The notes beneath the pieces were generated by a model. The model made no database searches and was not told where the DNA came from. It saw only the letters and a program-made list of their open reading frames with translations. A stretch of DNA of 64,000 nt, taken from positions 1 to 64,000 of the IMG/VR virus record IMGVR_UViG_3300034158_000023. One strand, written 5' to 3'. Made by a program: the position numbers and the translations under genes. Below, in pieces: positions 38,031-50,500 of this stretch. The number at the start of each line of letters is the position of its first letter. The stretch's first letter is position 1.

Positions 38031-38698
38031 TGGGCAATCGCGCAGCATTCGTTAAATCTTTTTTAGCCGACCTGGATGCTATCTGTCCAGGTCATGGGAA
38101 TGAAACTTTCTATGTGCCGTTCTTTGATAGTTTAGATGATAAACAATTCGAAGCTATGGTTGATGCCATTGTAGCCGAGGACTTGGTATTACCGTTAGTG
38201 TTACCTAACGGGAAAGATGCTAACCTAGATGCTAAACGCAACATCGCGCTAGGTCGTAAGTGGGGGCATGAATTCAGAGAGCAGGTATGGCTTACAGATC
38301 CTGTTAATCCAGGGTTAGTTAAACTAACACCACTGAAGTACCTGATCATCAAACTACCAGTACGCCGTCAAGCTCAGACTTTAGAAGATAAACAAAGTAT
38401 CCCTAAAGATGACCATTCGATCGATGACTTGACTGGCCAAGTTTCTAATGAGTCTAAAGGTAGTGGTATCTCTGGCCCAGAAGCACAGATCCTTTACTCG
38501 CATGACTTAAAGGCTGTGTTAATAGAGTATTTGAAAGTCCGTGGTGGTGATGAAACGGCGTATCGTAAGATGTCTTCAGATCTCATCAACTCAGGGGTAG
38601 CATCACTTACTGATGCGGTTAGTCAAGACAGTAGACCTACCTCAGTGGTTAACTTATCCACGATGTTAACCTGTGCACACATAGGGAATAACTTATGA
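38030..38698 (+). CDS. virion RNA polymerase beta subunit, C-terminal part (phiKZ gp149-like)
   Basis: LPVRRQAQ...K.SIP....IDDLTGQV...SKGS.IS.PE and E.LKVRGGD, corresponding to beta region I (TQQP..G.A..GG; E.LT.KSDD). Confidence 0.85.
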   Translation: MGNRAAFVKSFLADLDAICPGHGNETFYVPFFDSLDDKQFEAMVDAIVAEDLVLPLVLPNGKDANLDAKRNIALGRKWGHEFREQVWLTDPVNPGLVKLTPLKYLIIKLPVRRQAQTLEDKQSIPKDDHSIDDLTGQVSNESKGSGISGPEAQILYSHDLKAVLIEYLKVRGGDETAYRKMSSDLINSGVASLTDAVSQDSRPTSVVNLSTMLTCAHIGNNL

Positions 38699-39210
38699 TC
38701 GATACACGTAGATTAGTAGAGATCTGTGATTGGATTATCAATCGTCGAGCAGTGAATCCTGAACACGAGCATCAGCTAAATTTCGTTGCACTCATTCGTG
38801 GTTTGCGTGAAGGCACTTACATAGCCAGCGTAATCAGTGATTCAGGGCTAAAGGAACTGTGGGCTAAGTTAGACGAGTATGAAGAAGGTCAAGCTACTAT
38901 ACTTGAATGTACAGCTGAGCTTAAAGTACTGAGTGGGTTATCTGTGGATGACTGGAGTGATTTGTGTCGTCATATCGGTAGTAGCTGTACATACAACACT
39001 ATCGTGAAAGGTCGCTATCAAGACGCAGTTGAACCAGATAAACTCTATGCTGCTATCCCCACAGATACCAGAACTCAGGTTTTCCCTACGCAGCAAGCAG
39101 AAGCTTTAGTGGAAGCAAACCACTGGTTTGTGTTTATAGTACTGATGTCCTATGGCACTAGTCGACTGGGAGTAAATCTAAATGGTAAAGTTAAGTCCAT
39201 TAGTAAGTAA
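38695..39210 (+). CDS. hypothetical protein
   Basis: ATGA overlap with the upstream stop. Confidence 0.75.
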   Translation: MIDTRRLVEICDWIINRRAVNPEHEHQLNFVALIRGLREGTYIASVISDSGLKELWAKLDEYEEGQATILECTAELKVLSGLSVDDWSDLCRHIGSSCTYNTIVKGRYQDAVEPDKLYAAIPTDTRTQVFPTQQAEALVEANHWFVFIVLMSYGTSRLGVNLNGKVKSISK

Positions 39211-39934
39211 CTACTTACTAGATCTAGATAGCTTATTCGATACCAGACTAGGGGTACTTAGTTTGTTAGGGGATGATGCAGTAGATTCACTAACGCATGA
39301 TAACTATGCTAAACGTGAAGACGAAAGTTTCCTAATGGCTATCCCAGGGTACAAGGAACGATGGGAGGCAAGAGACATAGAAGTGTTGCAATCCTCCCAA
39401 GTATCTAAGTTCTTTGCTACGGCAATGCAGTTGATTCTAGATGACGTTCATGATGTCAACGTGTCACTACCAGATAGAAAGTTCTTTCTGTACATAAACA
39501 CGTATCCGTATAAATTGAACGATATCGAGAAAGAAGATCTTGTGTTAATGGTATCTGCTCAGCTACACGGTAGAGTTAAAGTTACCACTAGGAGTTTTAG
39601 TCTAGGGGCATTATCTCCTAGAACTATAGCTTCGAACTGCTATGGTCTAGTGTCGATATATGAGTTTGAGAAATGGGTAAAGCTGCACATAGATGCACTT
39701 TATAAACTGTCTTTAAGTGAGGTAGTTGTAGTAGCTCCAGAGTTAAAGGAAATAGGTGCTAAAGTAATTGAAAAACCTACGGAACTTATGTTACAACTAT
39801 TAGAACGATACTCTAAGTGGGAATGCTTAGAGTTAGCGCTAATGGAAGTACTAGCTTTGAAGTATTACCCAGTCGCCGAGTATTGCAGTTTGCTTTATTT
39901 AGCGCACATAACCGAGCAAAAAGAGGAAGGGTAA
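39182..39934 (+). CDS. conserved phiKZ-like hypothetical protein with HAD-like N-terminal motif
   Basis: LLDLDSLFDTRLG (DxD) and INTYPY.L. Confidence 0.7.
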   Translation: MVKLSPLVSNYLLDLDSLFDTRLGVLSLLGDDAVDSLTHDNYAKREDESFLMAIPGYKERWEARDIEVLQSSQVSKFFATAMQLILDDVHDVNVSLPDRKFFLYINTYPYKLNDIEKEDLVLMVSAQLHGRVKVTTRSFSLGALSPRTIASNCYGLVSIYEFEKWVKLHIDALYKLSLSEVVVVAPELKEIGAKVIEKPTELMLQLLERYSKWECLELALMEVLALKYYPVAEYCSLLYLAHITEQKEEG

Positions 39935-39956
39935 CCCCTTCCTCTTCATATGTCGT
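39921..39956. terminator. hairpin followed by TATGTCGT
   Basis: AAGAGGAAGGG-TAAC-CCCTTCCTCTT between convergent genes. Confidence 0.8.
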
Positions 39957-39957
39957 T

Positions 39958-40398
39958 TTATTCTTCACCACTGTCTTTTGCCGCTTCACGCTGCGCAGCC
40001 ATGAATTCGTCGTACATCAATGTAGAATGTCCTTTATCCATCTGACCTTCCACTAGATTGATAGCTGGTAAGGCGGCGTGATCCACAACACCGTCGATCG
40101 CAGCGCGAGCATTGCCAGCAGTACGTTCAAAGATGTTACCAGTAGTACGTTGCAAGTCTTCCAAGATTTTGTTTTGTTGTAATAACAAATCTCTATCTTT
40201 ACCAGCAGAATCTTCTTCTTGCTCTAAACGCTTAAGGCTGATTTCCTGCGAGTCCATGTCTTTTAATGCCGATAAGAAGGTCTTACCCATCTTAGGATCG
40301 TTGACAACATCGCCTCTGATTTTGCCGTCTACCATCAACTCTTCAACGAATGATTTTCTTATACGTTGAGTGAAACTAAGATTACTTTCAACACTCAT
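39958..40398 (-). CDS. hypothetical protein
   Basis: Start reassigned to ATG 40398 behind GGAGGGG. Confidence 0.75.
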   Translation of the reverse strand: MSVESNLSFTQRIRKSFVEELMVDGKIRGDVVNDPKMGKTFLSALKDMDSQEISLKRLEQEEDSAGKDRDLLLQQNKILEDLQRTTGNIFERTAGNARAAIDGVVDHAALPAINLVEGQMDKGHSTLMYDEFMAAQREAAKDSGEE

Positions 40399-40422
40399 AG
40401 CCCCTCCAATGAATTCAATGTA

Positions 40423-40430
40423 TATATTAT
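40423..40430 (+). promoter_or_regulatory. early promoter variant TATATTAT
   Basis: GTATATATTAT in the divergent spacer upstream of 40461. Confidence 0.55.
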
Positions 40431-40460
40431 CTAATTGCATAAACATCTATAGGATTAGTT

Positions 40461-40946
40461 ATGTTAACAGTGATACGTGAGTTCTTTTTAAAAAGAACCT
40501 ACAATAAAATAAAAGGATTAGATATATTAGGAGCTATTGCTAAATTAGAAATTTTGATTAAACTAACCCCTAATGTAAATGTAAGTACCTTTGTTAAAGA
40601 TAGATTTAATGTTGAGGCTCATTGCGATAACGTTGTAGAACTCCCCGTTATGTTGATGAGTGTAAAGGACGATGTAGAAGTACAACGCTCCTTGTATATC
40701 CCCACTAAGTACACCACGTTAAAAGGAGGTTCAGTTTCCGAATGGTGCTTAACCACAGAAGATGAATATGTGTCACTATTAGAGATGGCACCTAAGATCT
40801 TAAAAGCCCTAAAGGAGCTACAATCCGCATTAGATAAAAGTAAAGATGAAGATGATTTCTATGTGGACTATGTGAAAAGAAAGAGCAGCTACTTTATAAG
40901 TGATGTCCATCAATTCATATCAGCATTGAAAGCTATTCATTATTAA
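40461..40946 (+). CDS. hypothetical protein
   Basis: 161-aa ORF, AGGA RBS. Confidence 0.75.
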   Translation: MLTVIREFFLKRTYNKIKGLDILGAIAKLEILIKLTPNVNVSTFVKDRFNVEAHCDNVVELPVMLMSVKDDVEVQRSLYIPTKYTTLKGGSVSEWCLTTEDEYVSLLEMAPKILKALKELQSALDKSKDEDDFYVDYVKRKSSYFISDVHQFISALKAIHY

Positions 40947-40963
40947 TATAAAAGGAATACCAC

Positions 40964-41368
40964 ATGAACGATAATGAAGAAGGAAAAGAAAAAGGAATAT
41001 ACGAATTACTTAAGACTAGAGATAAAGGTATACATTCCTCTCAGGGTGTTCTAAGTAAACTTTTCCGCATAATGCTTGTGAACTACAACATAAGTCCAGT
41101 CGTATACGACAGACTATTAAGCAGTTATATAAAACGTCACAACTTACCAGCATCTGAACGAGGTAACTTTAACAAGTCAATCCTCAGGGATATTATGAGT
41201 ATCAAGACGTGGTTAAAAGGTTTAGATTTCTTAGCCATCACAGATATTAAAATTACTGTGGAGGCCAGACGAGTAAGAGAGAAGACACCTTTAACTCATG
41301 TGCTGGAAGTAAACAACATTCAGTCCTTGCTTAAAAGAAGGAGGACTAAAGACGACAATTACCTGTAG
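40964..41368 (+). CDS. conserved phiKZ-like hypothetical protein
   Basis: GVLSKLFR..L, RGNF.K and MS.K.W.KGL.FL motifs; TAAAAGGAATAC leader. Confidence 0.75.
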   Translation: MNDNEEGKEKGIYELLKTRDKGIHSSQGVLSKLFRIMLVNYNISPVVYDRLLSSYIKRHNLPASERGNFNKSILRDIMSIKTWLKGLDFLAITDIKITVEARRVREKTPLTHVLEVNNIQSLLKRRRTKDDNYL

Positions 41369-41376
41369 GAGTGGAT

Positions 41377-42420
41377 ATGGCTAGTAAAATTGCCAAAGGT
41401 ACAGCATCTACTGGGCCAGATGATTCGCTAATAGCAGTAGATGCTAATGGCACTACAACAGACATGGTGTTAAGTAAAGTTTTAAGTACTTCTAACACTG
41501 TCGGTGGTACCATTATAGACACCGCTAAAAAGACAGCTCTTGACCCAAAAGCTTTAGCTAAAGCCATATCAGTTGAAGATGGTAAATTTTCATTATCTAC
41601 CAAGTCATTAAAAGATATAATGACTAAAGGGTTATTGAAAAAGGGACTAGGAGCTCGAGTAGGTGGAGTAGCTGGTCCTAACTTGACTGGGATACCTGGA
41701 TTAAGTAAAACCCAAACTGGGTTAGCTGAAAAGTATTTAGGGGAGTTAATCGGTAGTGATAATACTGACCTTGTAAACAAAGCTGGTAAGCTATTCAAGA
41801 TCGGTAATGGGATTGACACCTCAAGTGCATCAGGGTTAATGAAAGGTATAGCTAAGCTTGCAGATTTCCCAGACTTTGCAAACATAGCTGACCAACACTC
41901 ATTCACCGCAAGTGCGTTAGCTTATCTAGATACTGCAATATCAATGGGGATTCCTGATGCTATTGATGTACTCTTAGGTAAAATCAAAGACGATAAGTTA
42001 AAGCGTAAACGCATCTTAGCTAACGTCAGAGGTGCAGTCCTTAGAGCAGACATTCCAATCATCAAGAAAATCATTTCTTATATTGGAGCTAGAGCAGTAG
42101 TAGATCAAGTTCCTGACGCTTGCGTGTATATTCTAGCAGCGTACAATTTCCCTCGTGGAACGCTCCCTAAGGACTATCCAGGTTTAAGGGCAGAGTTACT
42201 AGGGTTATTGGAAGAACTCGATTCTGAGTGGGATAGAGAGCGTCGTAATGGGGTTCTAGTGAGTAAGTTAGATCCGTTCACTAGAATATCCAGAGCAGCT
42301 AAGTCTATATTGCAATTACAGCCTGACTATGATGTACCTATGGCCATGGCATTGACTTATAAGAAAGTGGATTTGAATGCTGTACTTAAGAAGTCATACC
42401 CGCTAATGGTTAAGTTATAA
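41377..42420 (+). CDS. hypothetical protein, probably virion-associated
   Basis: ATG 41377 behind AGGAG; TGPDD.L..VD N-terminal motif. Confidence 0.75.
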   Translation: MASKIAKGTASTGPDDSLIAVDANGTTTDMVLSKVLSTSNTVGGTIIDTAKKTALDPKALAKAISVEDGKFSLSTKSLKDIMTKGLLKKGLGARVGGVAGPNLTGIPGLSKTQTGLAEKYLGELIGSDNTDLVNKAGKLFKIGNGIDTSSASGLMKGIAKLADFPDFANIADQHSFTASALAYLDTAISMGIPDAIDVLLGKIKDDKLKRKRILANVRGAVLRADIPIIKKIISYIGARAVVDQVPDACVYILAAYNFPRGTLPKDYPGLRAELLGLLEELDSEWDRERRNGVLVSKLDPFTRISRAAKSILQLQPDYDVPMAMALTYKKVDLNAVLKKSYPLMVKL

Positions 42421-42469
42421 CGGCATAGGGAGAGAGCTTTCGCTCTCTCCCGTTATGCTCTTTTTTTTT
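42420..42469. terminator. bidirectional terminator with ACGGCATA flank
   Basis: GGGAGAGAGC-TTTC-GCTCTCTCCC, then TATGCTC and a T run. Confidence 0.85.
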
Positions 42470-42470
42470 G

Positions 42471-44480
42471 CTATCCTCGGTCTGTGGCGTTCCAGAAACC
42501 TGAGATGGCTCTAGAAACATCCCAACCCCCTACCCAGTTAGCAGCGTGTGTAGCACTAAACCAGTCATCTAAGTTAGCCATGGTTTTATTATAATTCCGT
42601 TTTAGTTTACGCCAAGGATAAACTTGGTTTGCTAAAGAGGAACTTGCTAATACCGCCATGTAGTCAGAAAACGCAGAGTCATCCGTAGTTAACCAACCAG
42701 CTAAACCTTCTCCCAGTATTGTAGTCACTGGGTTAAAGTTCATAGTAAGTGGCATGTGCATGATGGTAGACATGTCAATAATACTAAACTGTACGTTGAT
42801 CGACAACGGACGACCATCACGTGTAAACTCACTACGAGTAATAGCTAAACTGTCGATGATACCAGTACGAGTTTGTGCTCTACCCTGACAGTATGCTTCT
42901 ACTAAGAAAGGACTAGTATAAGAAGCACCACCAGTGGATAAAGGTAAAGCTGCTGCCAGTAACGCAAACAGTGGAACCATCAACGTCTGCATACGTACTA
43001 ACTCAGACTGATACGGAGCTTTAAGATCAAAGCTGTAGGTCTGTCTAGGTAAGTTTGCCGTAGAACTATCCCAGTACTTAGGGATGTCGATATTAGCATT
43101 ACCAGCTAGAGCGGCTAACCCAGAGATACCAACAGCAGAAGCGGCTCCTGATATAAACGATGTAACTGCACCTACAGCACCTTCCAACATTTCAACGACC
43201 ATGTTATCAGACATGTTACCGTTCGCAAAGTTGAATTTAAACGCTCTAGACGCATTAGACATACCGTTGATAGTAGAAGCTAAATCAGACTCTCTGGTGG
43301 AGTTTGAGAAGCTCTCAGAGCCATCACCAGGATCATCTACCCTGAAAGAGATAAACTGAGAACCATCTCGCATCTCTGCTTTTAACAAGTCAAAGAAAGA
43401 TGTAGTAGAACCAGCAAATGGGGCAGCCGTGCCAGGGGTACCTAATATGCTACTAGTGTTTTCTGCTACCACGTCGTACAACGTATAGTTCTGCTCTAGT
43501 GGCTTGCCCTCTTTATCAGTTAAAGCCTTTTCAGTGTTAGCATCAGTTTTACCACCTGGATTATTAGCCCACAGTTTTAGGATGTCAGATAAAGCTGCAC
43601 TTCTGTTTCTAAGATCGATAGGTCCACTCATAGCCGCGTTAAATGACTTAGCAGCTTCGGCAGAACCAAAATTACCTTGATAACTATCCCGCCAGTTTTT
43701 AGCTTTCACGTATTGAGCGTTAGCTAAAACTTGATATCTGTTGGCAACTGCATAAATGTCGATACCTTGATACAGCTGTCCATCTTCTCCTTTCACCCCT
43801 GAATACACAGAAGGGAACATCAAGTTAAGATAATCCGCAGCTCCTGCATCCCGCTTAGCTATAGCCGCAGATGAGGTAGGATCTACTTCAGAGCCATCTT
43901 GCATACCGCGTTCAGCAGCATACGAGTTCACTAACCCGTTCAGGGCGTTCCAATAAACAGGCATAGATGGTTTTAGGTAATAGAACTTGGTACGTTGTTT
44001 ACCCACCATGAAGTTCCACATATCACCTAAAAGCATAAACGGTTTGAATGGCAGAGTTAAAACTGTACCACCCAGTAAGCCTAGGTTAAAGAATAACCCT
44101 TGTGCTCTACCTGTTCTAGCCATATACGCTGCTTGAGAGTTATAGAAGATCCCAAAGAAATCAGATAACGCAGTGTGGGTTGGGTGACCACAACGTACAT
44201 TTAAAATAACTTGGTTGTCGTCGTGTATCTCAGAGTAACATCTCCCCATGGGATATGACACCTGGGAAAATATACGTTCCTCTTCTATATCACAAAAACG
44301 AGTACTTTGAGGAATAGGGTTAATTGCAGCATTGCCACCCAATGTAGTATCGGAGAATTTAGTTCTGCCTTTACTATACATTCGGCGTTCTTTATCGATG
44401 TTATCGATCATGTCTGGTGGCAGTAAGAAAGCCTGCCTCATCCAATGCCTGTCTTTAATTCTTGGCGAAACCATATACAC
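42471..44480 (-). CDS. baseplate/tail-tube-initiator-like virion protein (phiKZ gp182-like)
   Basis: Downstream of the tape measure gene; KFSDTTLGGN.AINP, IDIPKYW.SS and GIIDSL.ITR motifs. Confidence 0.75.
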   Translation of the reverse strand: MYMVSPRIKDRHWMRQAFLLPPDMIDNIDKERRMYSKGRTKFSDTTLGGNAAINPIPQSTRFCDIEEERIFSQVSYPMGRCYSEIHDDNQVILNVRCGHPTHTALSDFFGIFYNSQAAYMARTGRAQGLFFNLGLLGGTVLTLPFKPFMLLGDMWNFMVGKQRTKFYYLKPSMPVYWNALNGLVNSYAAERGMQDGSEVDPTSSAAIAKRDAGAADYLNLMFPSVYSGVKGEDGQLYQGIDIYAVANRYQVLANAQYVKAKNWRDSYQGNFGSAEAAKSFNAAMSGPIDLRNRSAALSDILKLWANNPGGKTDANTEKALTDKEGKPLEQNYTLYDVVAENTSSILGTPGTAAPFAGSTTSFFDLLKAEMRDGSQFISFRVDDPGDGSESFSNSTRESDLASTINGMSNASRAFKFNFANGNMSDNMVVEMLEGAVGAVTSFISGAASAVGISGLAALAGNANIDIPKYWDSSTANLPRQTYSFDLKAPYQSELVRMQTLMVPLFALLAAALPLSTGGASYTSPFLVEAYCQGRAQTRTGIIDSLAITRSEFTRDGRPLSINVQFSIIDMSTIMHMPLTMNFNPVTTILGEGLAGWLTTDDSAFSDYMAVLASSSLANQVYPWRKLKRNYNKTMANLDDWFSATHAANWVGGWDVSRAISGFWNATDRG

Positions 44481-44485
44481 TCCTT

Positions 44486-44512
44486 AAAAAATGAGGGACC
44501 GAAGTCCCTCAT
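44486..44512 (-). terminator. intrinsic terminator after the tape measure gene
   Basis: Minus strand ATGAGGGAC-TTCG-GTCCCTCAT-TTTTT. Confidence 0.75.
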
Positions 44513-44517
44513 CAGTT

Positions 44518-47500
44518 TCACACGTTGCGAGCCATAGAGACCGCAGGTTTAGGCGCATCACTCGGTTGTCTTGCTGAGTTAGGCTTAGACGGTGGAGCCA
44601 CTCCAGATAAAGCCGCAACCATTTTATCCAAACTAGCCGCCATGCTTTTCTGCACACTCAAGCTCTCTGTAAGAACAGAGTGTACTTGTTGGACAGTTTC
44701 AGCCATAGCTGTACTAGATAGAGTTTGCTGCGAAGCAGCTTGGTTACGTCTTAACTCTTCCCGCTGATCAATCGCGGCAAGTCTGGAAGGAGCAGTAGGT
44801 CTTGATGGTTGTTGTGGAGCAGGCGCTCTAGTAGCCGAAGCTGCTTGAACTGCCTCTGCTGTTGTATTACGAGGATTCCCTCTTTCAGGAGCAGCCATAG
44901 CTACCGCTGTGTCTTCTGCTTGGGGTTTAACCTTAACAGATGCACTAGGGCTAACCCCAGCTGACTTACGGCTTGCTACTTGTCCAGTTGCACCACTAAC
45001 CTTAGCATTTAAGATTTGATAAACTTCATCCACTGTACGCTGACGTGCACCATCGAAGAAGATGGCTTGGTTAGCAGCACTAGCCGCAGGCATCACCATA
45101 GCAGCAGAAGCATTACGATCAGCATTTAAGAACTTAGTTGCACCACCTGCACCAAAGAAATGCGCAGCGTACAACTCAGTATCACCAACTGACTTACCTG
45201 TAGTTCTTTCTAGATAAGCTTTGTTGGACTTCAGATACTCCGCACCTAACAAACTGTTTGCAACAGGATCATCAGGTGTAGCGTTCTTAGGAATCCCATA
45301 CTTCTCAGCATGTTTACCCATTTGCTCTTTCCAGGTGTCCTTAGTGAATTGGAATAACCCAACTGCACTACTAGCGATTTTACCGTTCTTATCTCTAGAT
45401 TGAACACCTATGCGGTAACTAGATTCTACCCCAGCTACTGATAATGCTATCTTCTCATCAAACCCTACGGCATTAGCTGCCGCACTGATAGTAGGTTGTA
45501 CCCGTACATAACCATCACCTGTAGGAACTGGGATGTTTCTGTAGATACCACCTTCACCATTACCTGTATCACCTACCTGCGTTATAGCCTCCTGTACCGT
45601 GTCCTGTACCGACTTAGGTGGAGCAACTGGTACGTTAGGTGGTAACAATGGAGAGTTGGGAGTAAACGCTTTCTTAGCAGCCGCATCAGCTTGGTTCTTA
45701 AGCACGTAGGCTTCGGCTTGTGACTTAAGACCAGTGTTAGTAGACATAGCTTTCTGTGACTCTGAACGCTTACGCATCATCTCAATGTTTTTCTCCTCCG
45801 CGCTACGGGTGTCCTTGGTAGGAACATTACCGATTTGGTTAGTCTTAGTTGTGGCTTTAGGATCACTTGTAAGTTTGATTTTCTCTAAGAGACCTTCAAT
45901 CACACTAGTCCCTCGTTGAATCTCACTATCTGGGAATATGTTCTTGGCGTAAACATAATAAGGACCCATGAACCCAGTAGAAGACATAGTCTTCTGAGCA
46001 TAGGCGTACTTAGTAGCTTCCACTAGTTTACTATCCACATCTAGCAACTCACATGCAGCGTCGTGTATCTTTAACGCAGCAAGGTTACTTAAGAACACTG
46101 GTTTAAAGCGCCCTTCGTACCAATCACTTAAAGCTTTAACGTTAACTGGGTTAGAAGTATCGCAACCCATAACCTCCAGGATTTTATTCCCTTCAGATTT
46201 ATCGATTGAAATCCGTACAGGTTTATTACCTTCCCATACTACCTTCTTCGCCAACAACCGTTCTAGTTCAGCCACACGAGTACACGCATCTTTATCCTCT
46301 AGACTAACACCATACTGAGCCATACGTAACTGATTCAGTAATCCGATTTGTCCTTTGAAGTATTTATACGTGTAATAACCAGCCACTGCTAAAGCACCTA
46401 CAGCCACCGCTCCTAGCACTACAGGGACGCTTACCACAGAGGCAATAGCACCAGCAGCCCAGATACCACCACGCAAAGCCCAACCTCCAGCTGATAGTAA
46501 ACCACGACCTACACCCATAGCACCACGACCTAAGCGTTTTAGCAACCCAGCTTTACCTTTAGGTTTCTTCTTAGTCTTATCCCCATCAGGGCCATCGCCT
46601 AATTCACCTAAAGCATCCGCAGCTGCACCAGCACCTTTAGCTGCCACTAGCGCAGCACCAATACCTTTTACGGTACTCCATATACCAGATAAAGTACTGA
46701 CGATACCCATTAAAGGCATCATTAAGCCATTACCTTCCTTAACGTCTGGTCTATGTGGCCCTGTGAACGCAGGATTAGCCTTCTCAGCCTGTTTTACTTT
46801 ACGCGCAGCCATGACTGAGGCATAGCTATTTGCTCTCGTAGAATCGCTTGCTAGGCGGTCTTTGATACGATCACGAATAGACGTATAAGGCTTAGAGGTT
46901 TTAGTTTGGTCTTTCAAGCTACCATATAAACTTTTCAGTTTATCTAGGTTACCATAACCTTCACCTTTCTCTTTACGGTCAGATGCCATTCTACGCATGA
47001 CTCTACCACGAATACCTTTAACTGTATTCCCAACAGTGTCTTCCATCCCGATTTTATCTTTGATGGCTTGCGCAGTTTTAGCTCTCTTCTCTCTAAGGCT
47101 TGCTACAGTAACATCTATGTTAGCACGATACTGTCCTAGCTTTTCGTCGTCAAATCCATGCTCTGCTAACTTAGCCTTACCTTCTGCTATTTTAGCATCC
47201 TTAAACTCTTTAGCTTTAGTCTTCAGGTTGTCACGTATTCTTTTAGTGCGACGCCACTTCTTAAGTCCATCTTTAAACCCTTTCTTAACTCCAGCGAAGA
47301 CCCCTTTGATTCCGGGACCTTTTGGGCCGTCAGAACCATCGCTAGGAGTAGGCTCCATGGGATCACCCATTCCGTACTTTGAACAAAGTAAGTTATAGAT
47401 GGCTTTTAGTACGTTGATGTTCTCTATCTGGTAATGAGTGCTTGCACGCCCAGGACCAAAGATCCCACCACCTAGACCACCAAAGCCTCCTTTAATGCCT

Positions 47501-50500
47501 CCAAATAAGCCGGATAACGCGCCTCCTGCCTTATCCAATAACCATCCAGCACCACGCTTAGCGGCACCTAAAGCTTTACCTGCCAATTTAAACGGCGCAG
47601 ATAACACTCCAAGAGCTCGATCACCATTCGATCGTACTGGGTTCCCTTTGTAATCAACTACGCCTTTGACGAACTCGGAGTAGTACAGTACTGGTTTATC
47701 TGATTGATCTTTGTGGAATACATCTGTTTTAATCTCCCCTACGCTAGACAATGGTTTACCAGCTGTGTCGAAGTACGTTTGACCGCCATCCAACAACTTA
47801 CCAATAATCCTTGGACTAGTTTCACCTGGCACAAAGATGTCAGGAGCAGCTAGTACCTTATCCTTAATAGATTTTAAAACATTGTACATGCCTCTAGCAG
47901 GAGCAAAAGCTAAACTTACAGCTTTACCTCCAAGTCCTAAAGCCGTGTCAAATAACTTTGCAGCTCCAGTTTTGATGGGTTTCCAAGCGCTGTCATACAG
48001 ACCAGCTTTAAACTGTTCTAACGTAAGTACAGTTTCTTCTTTCCCATCAACTATTTTAACTACAGCCCCTTTGATATCATTAATGGACTTAATGACCTTC
48101 TTAGTTACCGCATCAAAATAAATGCCAGCTCTCATCCCCTCAGCAGTTAATGCAGGATCCTGTTTACCAGGGATCTTGATGTCCATTACCTTACCGAAAA
48201 GAGCACTACCAGCCCACTTAATTGCCTTAAGTGGTAACTTTGCTAAACCCCATGCACTTCTAGCACTAAACTTACTAGCACGCCATCCAGCACTACCAGC
48301 TCGTTTTGCACCTCTCCACCCTAATTTTGCAGCCCTTGAAAAGAAACCTCCCTTGGGCTTACCTATAGGTTTACCGTCACCAGTACCACCACCATTACCT
48401 TCTACCCCGATATTCATTACGGCAGCTAAGATATCATTTAGCGTTTGTAACATACTGACTGAAGTCTCTCTACTAGAAGCGGCTTCAATTGCTGTCACTA
48501 CACGATCAATGTGCGCGTCTAACTCCATGTTACCTGAAGCAACTGATTGCTGTTGAGTAGAGGTAGTACCAGGGGCATTGTCTGCACCTAGCATCCAAGT
48601 CTTTAACTTGTGGAAGATACCGCTAGCCACAACCTCCGAATCCACCGAAGGGCTAGCAGCGGCAGCTGGTATAGGAGAACTACCAGGACCCACGTTAGAA
48701 AGACCACCATGTCTGCTGTTATCAAAACTATCATCCACGCTGCGCTTAGCCAATAACGTATCAAGGACTTTCTCATAGTCTTGATCCTTATCGCGATAGT
48801 TTCTTTGAAATTCATTAACTGAGGATTCTTTTAACGATTCTCTCCCTTTGTCGTTTTCAAGTATCCCTAGCTTTCTGACAATATCTTGGTACCCTAAATT
48901 GTAATACAATGTCGCGTTAGCTTGAGCACCATTTTCAGTGGTGGCCATGTTACGATATAAAGTATCTAAAGAGGTATGTCGCTTTTGCGCTGCGACTGAA
49001 CCTATTTTGGTTTCTCCCTTTTCATCTAAATCTAGAGAAGTTAAGAATTGCTTGGCGATTGCTGCCGCATTCTCGTCCGTAGTGTACTTGGCAAAGTTAC
49101 CAGCCTTAATGAAGTCTAATGGATCGAATTCACTTTTCTCTGTTACTCTTTGCTGTAGATACGATTTAAGGGCTTTCTGTTGCTCTGGGGTAAATGCTTT
49201 CTCATCGAAATACTCAAGGAAAGAATTACTTTGCCATTCGCGGTTTTCTAAGTCGTCCTTCTTGAAAATCTTGCTAGCTATTTTCCTTGTTAATGCAGAT
49301 TCTCCAATGAACCCTCTACCCTCGTAATCCCAACGAGTTAATTCAGGAAGTTCACCTGTCCTAATACCTTCACTTGATTGTAAGATCCTAGATAGTAAAC
49401 CAGGGATAATGTCAACCAAGGTTAAGTGAGCTTTGTTAGTGAACATGCTAGGACCCATAAGGTCACTGATGTTACTTTGAGCCACTTCTCTGTTTCTACC
49501 TTGAGTAGGTACAGCTTGTTTCACTGCATCTACAATGCTACCCCACAAACCAAAGTTTTCAGTAGGACTCTGTGCCCACTTTCTGACTTTGTTAGGGATA
49601 GAACTTCTAAGTCTGGCTAACTGATGACCGCGACCTACCAGCTTCTCATTTTTTGCTAAGTATGGTCTAAGTTTGCTGCCTACCATTCCTGCTAGGCTCT
49701 GGCTAAGTACACCACCTACCATTTTACCAGTAGCTTCAGTTGAGTCCTCACCACCATCTACAGCCATTTGCTGCATTTGTTCGAACTGTTCTTTTAGATC
49801 AACTGCTGTTTGTACGTTACCTACGAAATTACGAATACCTGTTTGCCCAGCTGTCTTTAAGTTATTAAAGAACTGGGAAACGAAAGGTCTAAACCCACTA
49901 GTCATAGACTGCTGGATCTTACCTGTTAAAGCATCGCGGAATTGTTGTTTAACGGCTTCACTAGAAGACAGTTTAACAAACTCTGGTAACCCGGTGTTCT
50001 TAGCAATGTTTTGTAACAGTTCTAAGGTTTTACCAGTTGAGTCAGTAGCTATCTTCAGCATATCACGCTGAGCAAAATAACTTCTATAACCTAGCTCTAA
50101 AGATTTTCTTTGGAATGCATTAGTTACAGTGTCTTGATATGCTACGAGTTGGGCTAAATTACTTTGAATAGCAGAGCTAGATTCTAGCGTAGCTGAGTGA
50201 CGTTTAGTGTCTACCAAATCACGCATGGTATCACGAGCACGGTCTTCAGTCTGCGCTTCAGTCTGCGCTTTAAAGATCTCACCTAACTCAGTAGCTATCT
50301 TAGATTCATCAATCTGTTCTTGAGACAACGTAGGAGTGGAAGGACGGCTATCGTCTTCTATTAAGTGATCTAGTCGCTTAGAGAACCACTTAGGCATCAC
50401 AGGTTCGACTTTAGGTTTCACGTAACGCATGAAACGTTTCATCTGCCTAGTGGCTGGGCGTATCTCTTTCTTTAGCTCATTGTATAGTCCGACGCCTTCT

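Noticed and set aside
40508-40520. AATAAAAGGA inside CDS 40461..40946
   Set aside because: No start codon at the usual spacing downstream, unlike the case at 20695
41346-41906. 186-aa antisense ORF, and the many antisense ORFs inside the tape measure, SbcC, RNAP and adhesin genes
   Set aside because: They lie wholly opposite well-supported genes, lack an RBS, and have the Ser/Leu/Pro-rich composition expected of shadow frames
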